Assembly: GCA_023231475.1 (NCBI GenBank)
Contig: JALJEE010003034.1
Coordinates: 62,001-93,621 of the forward strand
Source: Seison nebaliae
Lineage: Eukaryota
DNA: 31,621 bases
Direction: 5' to 3'
Positions 10,700-24,031 of this stretch are shown here, piece by piece; position 1 is the first letter of the stretch, and every line of letters begins with the position of its first letter. The position numbers and the translations under genes were made by a program. The notes beneath the pieces were generated by a model. It had not been told where the DNA came from, did not search any database, and saw only the letters and a list, made by a program, of their open reading frames with translations.

Positions 10700-11810
10700 C
10701 TAATAATCGTATAGAGTGTTGCCGTTTAAGAATTTTGAGAGCGCGGTATAATCATTCTGTTCGAGCATAATCCTGGCATCGGAGAGATGTGGACGAAACT
10801 TTGATGGAAGAAAACTAGATGAAGAAAAGTTAAGAATAAAATTTTGGAACTCAGAGGAAGTTGGTGAAAACGGTAGATCATAATAATGTGGAACATGTCC
10901 TAGAATCGACCGATCAGTTTTGAGCATCTCTACGATTAACAAATCCATTCCTTGAAACGACGGATTCGTCGAAACTCCATCCAAGATTCTTAAGATCTGA
11001 AAAGGAACCAGATCAGTGAGGGAAAAGAGAAACGCTCTATTGCAACGACGAAAACAACCGATCAAACAGCGTACAGCCCTGGAGAAGGATCTGTCCATCG
11101 CTAAGAAAGAGTTCGAAGAAGCCACGAAGATGGAATCCAATCCGAATAGTGGCTGAACTAAAATGGTGAAAGGATATTCTTACGTTAGTTCTTAAGGGAA
11201 AGAATTTGACACGATTAAGAAGGGAGAAATAAGTTCGACAAAACGATGATCGAATATTATCGAGAGAACTAGAAGAGAGCTTCCAAGAATCAAGATGGCC
11301 ACCAAGGAAACGGGTAGATGAAGACAATTTGATTGGGGAATCGGTGATTCGATTACCTGCCGTGGAAATTGTAACATTCTTCGACGGATTTACAGCAATG
11401 TGTAGATTCTTCAATGCTAATATGGTGAATGTTGATAGATCCAACAAAATTCGATTAGATGTGGAGAACAGCACAATATTGTCGGCATATGCATATGCTG
11501 CTGGAACTCGCAAGGAATTAACTTGAATAGAAGAACGAGAATTGATGAGATCGGTCCAAGAATCGAGCCTTGACGGACTCCACGGTTGACTTCAAAAGAT
11601 GAGGACTGTAGATTTTAAACCGAAACAGAACAGTATGACCGTGAACACAACGGTCTTATGAACGACAATATCGAATGATGAACCCCACGAGATCGTAGAG
11701 TATGGAGGGCAGGAAGCACATCGATGGAGTCGAATGCCCTTGATGAATATGAAGAGGACGGTTCGTTGTTCTGTGATAATAGATCAAAGATCTTAAAATA
11801 GCTATACATG
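10700..11810 (-). mobile_element. Degenerate, 5'-truncated non-LTR retrotransposon (LINE) reverse transcriptase relic
   Basis: Frameshifted pieces on - strand: SRAFDSID...LRSRGVHHSILSFI (KAFD motif), FEVNRGVRQGSILGP (~11555-11600), AYADNIVLFS (YADD decayed to YADN), LHIAVNPSK, TRFLGGHLD. Higher GC than flanks, no introns. Confidence 0.9.
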
Positions 11811-12269
11811 GATGTTATTATTTTAGTTTTAAAAATTGCTCTTTTAACAACAACATGAGCTCCTGACCGCTCTTTTTTTGCCCATGCCTGCTATATAGTA
11901 TATGTTATAATACTAATGACGAAAAAATTAGAAGGATGGAAGAACGAATGATAAATAATGGAAGAAAAATTAAGGAATATTAATTATAATATTTAGTAAG
12001 GAATTGAAAGTTAATCTCAATAATTATTACCGTTCACATTAAAATTAACTCATAAGTGACTCTTATACCACTTTGTCCAGCTAGCTTCTCATGAAGTTAG
12101 CGAAGTTGAATATGAATTAAGATGTTTAGTAAGGATGCTTAGAATTTGAGAAAACTGAATTTCGGTAACTTTAAATTAGATTATTTATGGCAATTAGACC
12201 TTGTTATTATATCAAATAGAGTTTCTATAACAATATAATTATTACGTAATAGCATTAAGAATACGTCCA

Positions 12270-15200
12270 ATGTTAAAAGAAGAGGCTCTAGCAGCCATAA
12301 GAGATATCGTTAATATTGACTCCGCTGAGAATAGTCCAGATGATAAAAGTCGACTTGTCTTTATGATAGACATTAATGGACTTAGCAAACTTGGAATTGT
12401 TTCTAATGTGCTTATTGACACGATGTTTAAGGAATTGATTCTTATTTTCAGAGAATTAAATTCGGAAGATAAAGGTTAACTAATTCTTATAACACACATT
12501 TGTTCCACACATATGAAATAGTTCAACTGATTGTTATAATTTTTAGTAGCAATAAAGGTTTCTGTTATGATGAAGTGGGTAAAAGATTGCACACCGAACT
12601 AGACGACATATTGAATGATAACAAAACGGATTCGAAACTCCATATACATATTCCGTATGAGGGGGACGATCGTATCCAATGTCAGGTGGAAGCAACTAAT
12701 GAAAGTTGAAACATTATTGAAATTCTTAAAAATTATCTTTACTATTCTCCAGTTAAACGGACCGATGAAGGAATTGTCGTTATTAAAATTCAACTAATTC
12801 TTGACGGTGGTAAAGGCACTTGGGATTGTTTTGAAAAACATGCAAATGCTGCTAAAAAATTACCCAACAGTTTTCGAATATTAATTTCTGGTACGAATCG
12901 AGTAGTGAAACTGATTGAGAATTTTGTATTGTTATCTTTCATTGTTTTATAATAACATCATGAACTTCCATTTTCCGATTATGAATAACTATAGTGGTCA
13001 GATAAATCATGAAACGGAACCACAAGAAGTCTTTTCGGAATTAAAGAAGAACCAAAAAATCAAAGATTTCCAGCATAATTGTTTCATCGCTGATTGGAAA
13101 GAGGACAAAGGCATCGAAGATTCTCTTATTGGTTGTTTTGCAAATATCATCGACAGTGTCGTTGAAAAAGAATGTAATAAAGACAAGGAAAATAGGAAAT
13201 TTCTTTATAAACTATACGTCGTTTATATGATGAGAGTTGCCGAAGGTAAACTTATGGGAATGGATCAATTCACATCATTTAGTAATGCGAAAGATTCGCT
13301 TAAACCAGAAGATTTGAATGTTTATGCAATATATTCTATTGAGAATAAGAATGCTAATTTATTACGTACATGTATCGATTACGATATGATCAAACTGAAA
13401 GAATTGGATGTTGATAAATTGGAAGAAGTTAAATTTGACGCCATACAACCGAATGAAATTTACAGAAATTTCCTCAAGGCAAGTTATCTGGAAAATGTGG
13501 ATAAAATACCATTACCTGGTACTAAAAATTTTTACATGTTGTACTGTTATTGTGTCATTCATACATGTAATGATTTGAATGGTACGAATCTTGAAAATTC
13601 ATTAAGTTATGTTGTTTGGGAGAATAGTGAGAATCCGATTCACTATGCATTATTAACAGCTTCATTGTTAAGGATGTTTGTGAAGAATGAAAAAATTGTA
13701 AGAAAAAATAATCAGAAAGTTGTACTAGACGTAGCTAACGACTGGGAAAAATTAGCGATACGTATCTTTCGTCAAGTCACACATAAATATGATCAATTGA
13801 ATGAAGATTTATTCATTTTGCCAATTGAAGAAGATATCGGTTTAATTATTCGAATATCTCATTTAAAAATTCTTATATCTCTTGAAAAAAAACTACAGAT
13901 ATTACCATACCAACATTAGTAGAGAATGGAGAATGTCAAATGTTCGCAAGTGACGAACCAATGCAGAATTATATCGATGCAATATGGTATCCACCATCAT
14001 ATCAATTACCCGAGAATTCGTCGATGATTATCTTCGAAGTTTCCGTTTTTGTTATCCTAATTCTAATCCTAAATTGTTTAGCTTTTCTTTTGTGCCATTT
14101 TGGTATTCCCTTACTGGATTTTAAAGAAACGTAAACGATTCAAAGATAATAAGATAACTATTCGGGAATTCTTTTCATCCCCGTGTATCACTTATATACA
14201 TCGAGTAGTTAATATTTCGTATATTTCATGTAACTTCTTATTCAATTCATAGTTGGCATATATAGTTCATCTCTCAATTTTCACATATTGGTTGGTTGAA
14301 TATAAGAAAAAGTTATGGTATTTCGAAATATACTCTTTCGGTTTCCATCTCGCTCAAATACTTACCGAACTCGTTCAAACCAAACTATGCGTACCGTCAC
14401 GCTCTGTTACATTTTATTCTTATGGTAAGTCTTCAAATGTTGTTATTTAATAGTGTTGTAGAGTTTCAAGATGTTCAATTAATCTCAAAAAATATTTAGC
14501 AGAAGATTGGAATAGAATCGATCTTATCATAATCATTTTTACGATTGTGGCTTTTATTATTCGAGTTGTCGAGCAATTCTCTCCCATGAATACTTATGTC
14601 ATTCACGTCACTAAACTTTTCTACATCACTGGAGAGACTTTATTATTTGCGAGAATGTTAAACTTCCTAGAAACATTTGAAACAATTGGACCAAAAGTTT
14701 TCGCCATAAAAAAAATGGTTTTATTTCAGTCAATTTAATTGTTAATTGAAATAATTGTTATAGATCGGTAACGTGTTGGGAACATTGCCTGTATTCTTCA
14801 GCATCATTATTGCTGGCAGTGTTGGATTTCAATCATATCTATTTCATAGAGATGTTTTCCGCTTCAAAATCATTACCAGAAATTTATTTAGTTCATTCAC
14901 ATATATGTTGGGTGAATATGAAGATTTTGAGAAGATTGAAGGTTTTTCATCTGTTCATAATTTAATTTCTAATATTTTGATGTGGAAAATAGGAAATATT
15001 GAGAATTGTTATGAAAGAGATGAATATCTGAAACTGATTAATAAGAATAATGTTGATGAACCATACCTATGTCCTAAAAAATATGACCAATTCCATTGGC
15101 CTTACTTTCTACTATGTATCTACGTGGTAATAAGCTCAATTATCTTAGTTAATCTTATCGTCGCTTTTTTTACTAGTGCATTCGAATCAGTCGAGGTTTC

Positions 15201-15530
15201 ATTTTTTTGTTTTTTTCGTCTCGTTTATCAAAAAAAATTCTTTATTTAATTCACTAGCAAGAAGCTCGAATAACTTATGGATATCGCCGTTATTTCTTTG
15301 TGAAAGAATTCAAGGATATGTATTGTGGAATTATTCCTCCTATTGACACCTTAGTCACCATATATTGTTTCCTAAGAGACTGTCGAAAAAACAGGATATC
15401 TCCCAATGTGGAAAAAACTAAAACTGAAGTGCTGAAAAAATTATTTGGATATGAAAAGATGTTATATCTGAATAAAGAGCAAACTAGTCAAATTCAACAG
15501 ATTCAGGAAGTTTTCGATTTTCGAAATTAG
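12270..15530 (+). CDS. Divergent TRPM-like cation channel, ~11 exons
   Basis: Spliced motifs: SLOG-like IQLILDGGKGT...ILISGTNR; MHR4-like ENPIHYALLTASLLR...DWEKLAIRIF; FASDEPMQNYIDAIW; EFFSSPCITY; YLAEDWNRIDLIII (S3); RMLNFLETFETIGPKVFAIKKM (S4-S5); pore FTYMLGEY with a Cys pair (ENCYE...YLCP); ILVNLIVAFF (S6); TRP-box region YGYRRY; IIPP. The exact 3' end could involve one more intron. Confidence 0.88.
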
Positions 15531-15630
15531 TTTAACTTTTTTAATTAAAATTTTCGTTGAAACAACAAATTTTCCAATGATTAAAACAAAATTATTATTA
15601 TTATTTTCATTATTAAAACTGAATATAAAA

Positions 15631-17513
<1,883 letters not shown>

Positions 17514-18239
17514 TCTGATTGATTGAGATTTCTTTGAGATTGAATGTTCAATATCTTTCAATAAAAATATTGGAACATTGGCAAAAGAAGAATGGATGAA
17601 TTATATGACGCCATCAAATCGACCAGAATGACAACTATGTAACGGAATAATAGGTAATGGGAATTGTTTATGAAATTAAATGATAACCGAACGGATAGAA
17701 CTCTTTCAACAACTTTCGAACAAATGAATGACGAACTAGGTATAGAACTATTAATTATTCTTATTAAGACATTCCGTCAATCTACTACTGACATAATCCT
17801 TCATCTCCAAATAATTTCTCCGTTATATGATTACCTGACTATTGTCGCTTAATATCTTTTATGTAAATCGTATTCCACTCTTACGGATATATGGGGATAA
17901 CATAATGATGGCGAATGGGTGAATCCTTCGAGAGACTCGTGTTTAATGAATTCATGTCAGATATCGACGTCCAATTGTTTTCGAGGAACTAAAACAACAA
18001 CCCTATCATCATTACAAAGAAGAAATGAGAGATTTTTCACTTTTTTTCTTGTTGAGTTTTCCGATTCCGATGAAGTTTTTATGTGATCTTTATTTTCACT
18101 AGTACTGTCATCAAGGATGTTAATCCTTCGTTCAAACCGAAGTAATCGAAAGAAAAAGAGATTTTTTTCAGATTTCATTAAAAATAAAGGTGAAAGAAGA
18201 AGAAGAAGAAGAAAAAGAAGAAGTTATTATTTAATCAAT

Positions 18240-21200
18240 TTAATGAGATTTCATCAAAATCTTCCAATTGATATAGACGGGACTGTCTAGTTCGTTTAAC
18301 CTTCTTTGCTTCTTATTCCGTTTTGGAGGTAATTTCTCTGAAGTTAGAGATGTCGACAACGATGACGATGAAGATGAGAAAGATGAGGAGACAGATGATG
18401 AAGATGGGGATGATGATAAAGATGATTCGGTCGGTATAGAAGCTTCCTTAAGAGTTCGCGATGATTCCGAGTCATATTTTAATACTTCTCTCGATTTCTT
18501 ACTTTCTGATCGTGATGTGGATGAATTAATAATTTTCATTCCTTCTAATAAGCCCGATCTATTCACAAATTGTTCTTGTTTTATTTTCGATGGCAAATTA
18601 TTGTCATTCGATTCTCTTTCAGGAACGGGCGGAGGAAATGTATAATTATTCGTCATCATATTATACATATCAGGTGTTGAAGTGGCGACTGGTGCTGGTA
18701 TATATGGAACATATGTCGTAAATGAATTTAATGAACAATGTCCGTTATATGGAGAATTAGAGAGAATTTGTGACATGTTATTCGTTTGGATTGGCGTATT
18801 TGAATTATCGTTGAATGATGGAAATGTAATATTATTATTATTATTATTATTAATATTGTTGGTATTGTTGTTGTTTGTGAGATTTACTGGAAGATTTTGG
18901 TTCGTTGAGTTAATATTAGTATTCGAATTCTCATCGTTATTATTATTGTGATAATCGAGTGGATTTTTCGACATATTCTTCAAAGTATCATTCAACGTGT
19001 TATTGAATGAGGAAATATTATCGAACAACATTGATCGTCGATTGAAATGATTGACAAGGTCTTGGACATTCGATAAATGAGATTTATCAATATTATTTTC
19101 ATGAGACAGTTTCTTATGACTTCCATCAAGCACTACCGTTTTCTCAATCTTCTCTTGATAATACTTACGCCACCAATCAGCTAAAATATAATTCTGAATA
19201 ATATTATAATCCAAATTATAAGATTCAACATTCTTTGTCTGATGATGTTGAAAATGTCGGTTACTGGTCGATGCTGATGATGATGAAGATGGTGATTTCA
19301 ACGTATAATTTTTGAAACAATCTGTCGATTTCGATCTGTTATTTTTCAGTTTAAGTTTTTGTGAATGACTCAAACAAAAATCGACAGATTTATTTCGTTT
19401 CTTCGTCGATTTATTACAAAGACAATTAGAAATCTCTTGTACATGATATTGAGGAGAATAAGATTGAAGTGATGAATTTCCGTCAGATGAATTTATTAGA
19501 TTATTCTGATGATACATTAATTTGTTTAGGATAGAAAGATATAAACGATCCATACTCTTTCTATTGAAATTACGATGAGTTGTAAAATAGCCGTTAATAA
19601 CGAATGGATAGACATATGGATAATTTCTCTTATATGAAGAGAAATCGACAGAATAATTACTTTGAATCCATGAAGTATCATCTTGATAATTACTCTTCTC
19701 TAATTTATTCGTTTCATAATCTGTAAAAATTCCACTGTCGTATGATTCCATCGGTGTGATAGTAGTGGCGGTAGCAGTTTTGGTTAAAGGAGAAAATGAT
19801 TTGAACAGTTTCTTATCTGTCTCAAACGGATGAGAAAATATATCATAATTTGACGCTGTATGTGCACTCACATTCAAATCATTATTTGATGACTGTTTCC
19901 TTCTAACATTATTTTTCAGATAATAATTCGAATTATATGATCGATTTCTTTTCGGATACAAATTTCGTACATTTCCATAAAGATATGACGTTGCTCTTAT
20001 TCCATTATTATTCGGTATATTTCCAATACCATCCAAATGATAAGGTGTGGAATGAGATCGCAATAACGTTGAATGACTTTTGGTCGAATAACGATATCGT
20101 CGATGTTGTTGATGAGATTGTTCGAGTGCTAATTCTTTCCCCGTCAAATAATGATAAGCTGTAGTGGATGATGATCGATTACTCATTTTTAAATTTGTTC
20201 CTTGATTAAAGTTATTCCTATTCGAATTGTTTTTTAGATTTTGTTGAACGGAATTAACATAATAATTTTCAGGTAAAAACGAATCTTTATAATATTCCCA
20301 ATATTTTGGTTGGAAATCGAAATTATTAAAAGAATTCATTGAAATCGAATTAGAAGTAGATACTTGATTCTCATAATAATTTTCTGTTGGCACTATTTGA
20401 TTATTATTGACATTTGACATATGATTCTCATAAGGAAGAGGAATGACATCATCGAATAATTCATTTGTATAATAATCGGGTAATCGATCAACATTCCATT
20501 CCTCAACTAATTTATTATTATCATTTCGAGTTTCATAACGATTCGATCTATTTCGTCTTCGATGTAAATGATTTGATTTATTTTTTATTTTCTTTCTCTT
20601 ATTCTCAGTTTGTTGAGTCCAGAACCAACTCAATTGATTTTGCCACTGTTCATATGACTGAATGGGAACGAAACCAAAATTGTTTTTCGGTAATTCTTCA
20701 TCATCTAAAATTATGAAATATGAAAGAGAAAGTGTTGAAGAAAGAAAAGTTATAAACTTTTGAAAAAATCATTATATTGATCGTTCGTATTCATCCATTT
20801 CTTTAATTTCTTATGTTTTCGACTTCGATGTTTGGGTCGAACGGATGAAGGTTGAAGAGGTTGTTGAATATGATAATCAATGAAAGAAGTCCCATTATTC
20901 TTTAGGGGATAACTGTTAGGATAATCAATCGATTTCGTTTGAGGTTTATTCATGATCGATTGATATTGCTCTCGAGATTTTGAATCGAACAAATTGTTGA
21001 GGTGGTTGGACGGATTAATTGATTGAATCATACGAGGATTATGACGGAAGTAATTGAAAAAAGGAATTGATGCAGATAAATAATCAAAAGGCCGTTTGTA
21101 ACTAATGAGAATACTGGATACTGAATCTATTGTTCTTGAATTGAGTTCTCTATCTGTCCATTGCATCAAATTCGATAAAAGTGAATTGGATGACAACGAC

Positions 21201-23272
21201 TTCCTTGAAATCATATTGTTCAGTTTCGATTGTTTACGGAAGTTTGAACGAGATTTCCGATGGGATTTCGATTTCTCTCTCATTTCTAATCTTTCCTCCA
21301 TTTCAACTGAATTCTTATTTTTCTTTGTTGGCGACGAAGTTTTCCTTTTGTTATTTTTCATAATCCCTTTCGATTTACTTATCGATCTGGATCGATTTAT
21401 CTCCTTGTAAATACTCCATTCTTCAGTTGTAATCGATGAAGTTTTCGATGTTGCCGTTTCATTTCCATTTTCTTTCATATTCTTTTTCATTTTCTCTTTT
21501 TCAATCGATCGCAATTTTTCTATTTTACTGTCAATTATCTTTGAACTTAAATTCAATGCAACTGACAACAAAGACGTTGTTGCATCAGTAGGAGTCGAAC
21601 TGGATGTCGTATTCATTGTAATCGGTTGTATTGTCGATGATATTCGAGATGAAGAAGTTGTCGCTGTCGTCACTGTCATTTTTGATGAGGTGACACTCAA
21701 AGACGTTGATGAGATATTTTTCTCAATTCCAACTTCTTCACTTAATTCATATGATATCTTTCTTGGTCTAATTGAATTGTTGAATGATATCCGATTCTTT
21801 GGTGTTGTTGTGGTGGTTGACGAGATGAGTTCAGTTAAAATCGAATTATCTTTTGTTATTATATCATCAATCTTATGAATATTCGTCGAGTCGGTAGTAA
21901 TTCGTTGAATGGATTCTGATGCGACTGATAAACTTTCAGTTTTTGTTGTTGCAATACTACAAATTGGAGTATCTTCCATTTCACTCTCGTCATTGTGGAA
22001 AACGTCGTCGCTTAATCTTGATACATTGTGAGGACTGATCTCTGAGTCCAAATCTTCACTTGTATCAGTTGTTTCATTTTCGTTCGAATCATTAAAATCA
22101 AATGTTTTCACTTCCAATTTATGAACACTAATATTTGGATCTGTTAAATCTTTAACATCATTTCGTGATATAAATGATGAATCGATTTTCGTACTCCGAT
22201 TCTCCATATAACTACAATTACTTATACAATTATTATTATTATTCTGATTTGGATTAGTCGATAATGAAGAAATTGTTGTTGTTGTTGTTGCTGTGGTCAT
22301 TTCGACAGATTCACTATTTATATTCGGTTCATCAATAATTGAATCGTCATTCAATTCAGGAGATAATATTGTTCGAACATTTGAATTAGTCGATCGCTCA
22401 TCAGAAAAATTTGATAAGAACTTCTTCTTTTCCAGATCCGTTATATGAGTAAAGATACTTGGGGTTGATGTTGATTGAAAATTGTGAAATGGTATTTGAT
22501 AGTTCGATGTAGTCGAATTAAAAGGATGAGTAATTTGTGTGGGATAATAATTTGACGGACGAATTTCCTTAACATTATTTCCTAAATTGCCAATTCTCAA
22601 ATTGTTATATCGATGTATTAACGGATCTGCTGCATTCATTCTTTCCCCACAATTCTTTAATGGATAATCATATTCTGTTAATGGTAATTTCATGGGAATA
22701 TTTTTCTCAATAATTTCTTCATTGTTCTCTCCTTCATTATTTGAATTAGTTAGAAATAATTTCGCATCAAAAAAACTACTTTCCATTTCCTTGTTCGCTT
22801 CCACAACTACTTTCTCCTCTTTTTCGTTATCCAATCGATTATTGTTCTGCTCAAATTTCCTCTTATAATTCTCATTATTATTCACCCTAAATTGCTGGTT
22901 TAACGAATTATTGAATGATCGTGGATTAATTAGATGGTTATCATCTGGTGGTTGAATATTGCAAATGTTATTTACATTTACTCTTGAACATTTATCCAAG
23001 GAGTTCATTTCAATTTGTTCTCTCACATTCGAGTTCAAATTGTCATTCCCCGTTGTGAGTTGAGACGATTGTTTCTCATAAACATTCGTATTATATGAAT
23101 TGTGAACATTCAATCGTTCAATTTTATCGACAACTATTGCTTTCTCTTTTTCTCTTTCACCAGAAATTGATGGTATTCTGATATTCTCTTTCTTCTCATC
23201 TTTCCCATTCGTATAAATATATGTGGTAACTTTGATGCAATTTAACTTTTCTCCCAAAAGTTTATATTTCAT
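18240..23272 (-). CDS. Giant Asn/Ser/Thr-rich low-complexity protein (~1660 aa) from two very long exons; function unknown
   Basis: ORFs 20750-23371 and 18240-20633 join in frame through a 53-nt GTTTAT...TTTTAG phase-1 intron (20757-20705). First ATG in frame is at 23272 (MKYKLLGEK). No recognisable folded domain. It may continue into small exons at ~17600-18140. Confidence 0.7.
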
Positions 23273-24031
23273 TTTCACTTCTTTTATGCCACAAATAATT
23301 CTTAATTGTATTTTCGATATTCTAAATATAATTTCGTAAGAAGAAAAAAAATGAAGAATAAAATGTTTCAAGAAGAAATAAGAATATCTGTGAGGAAATT
23401 ATTTAATAATGAAGAAAATTGACCAATTGTTATTAAAATTAATCTTATTCGTCCACAATATTTATTGGATCAATAATATGATTTCTATTGTTTCTTAACA
23501 TTTCTCTATCATCACATTCGAACACAAGATACATAAATGAGACAATTTTCATCCACCAAATTATCGTCAATTCAATTAGCCTCATTCTTTTCAAAATTAT
23601 TTTAGCTAATTGTTCAATGTTATTTCCTGATCATACTCTTATCTAGTAAGGAAGTAACAAGGAGCTTTCTTTCAATCGAACAAGACAATCGGATATATAC
23701 ATTATTCACATTAACAATTCTCCAATAATGATAAGAATGTGACAAGAAATCACAAGACAAATAATTTTCAAAACGAAAACTATCTTTCCCAATTACCATT
23801 AAATTAATTGTTATCTATTTATTTTTTAGAGAAAGGCATTCACTTTTTGAAGAAGAATTGAGAACCATTTTATTTGAAAATTTATAGGAAAATGGTAAAA
23901 GAATTTTTATAAAATTTTTGTCGATTTTGAGGAATTACATAATGAAAATTAAAAAGAAATTAAAAGAAAATTTTAAGAAATAAAATGATAATCAATTGAA
24001 AATTTTTTTTTCAACTAAATTCTTTTCATTG

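Noticed and set aside
10700..11810. Reverse transcriptase as a domesticated gene or retron/DGR-like system
   Set aside because: Multiple frameshifts, catalytic YADD changed to YADN and 5' truncation fit an ordinary dead LINE copy; no template/variable repeat pair seen.
18192..18222. (GAA)n microsatellite
   Set aside because: Short simple repeat in UTR or intron sequence with no further structure.
18682..21878. Hydrophobic-looking + strand ORFs (18682, 19937, 20465, 21105, 21181, 21690)
   Set aside because: Antisense shadows of Asn/Ser/Thr/Lys codon runs in the large - strand gene.
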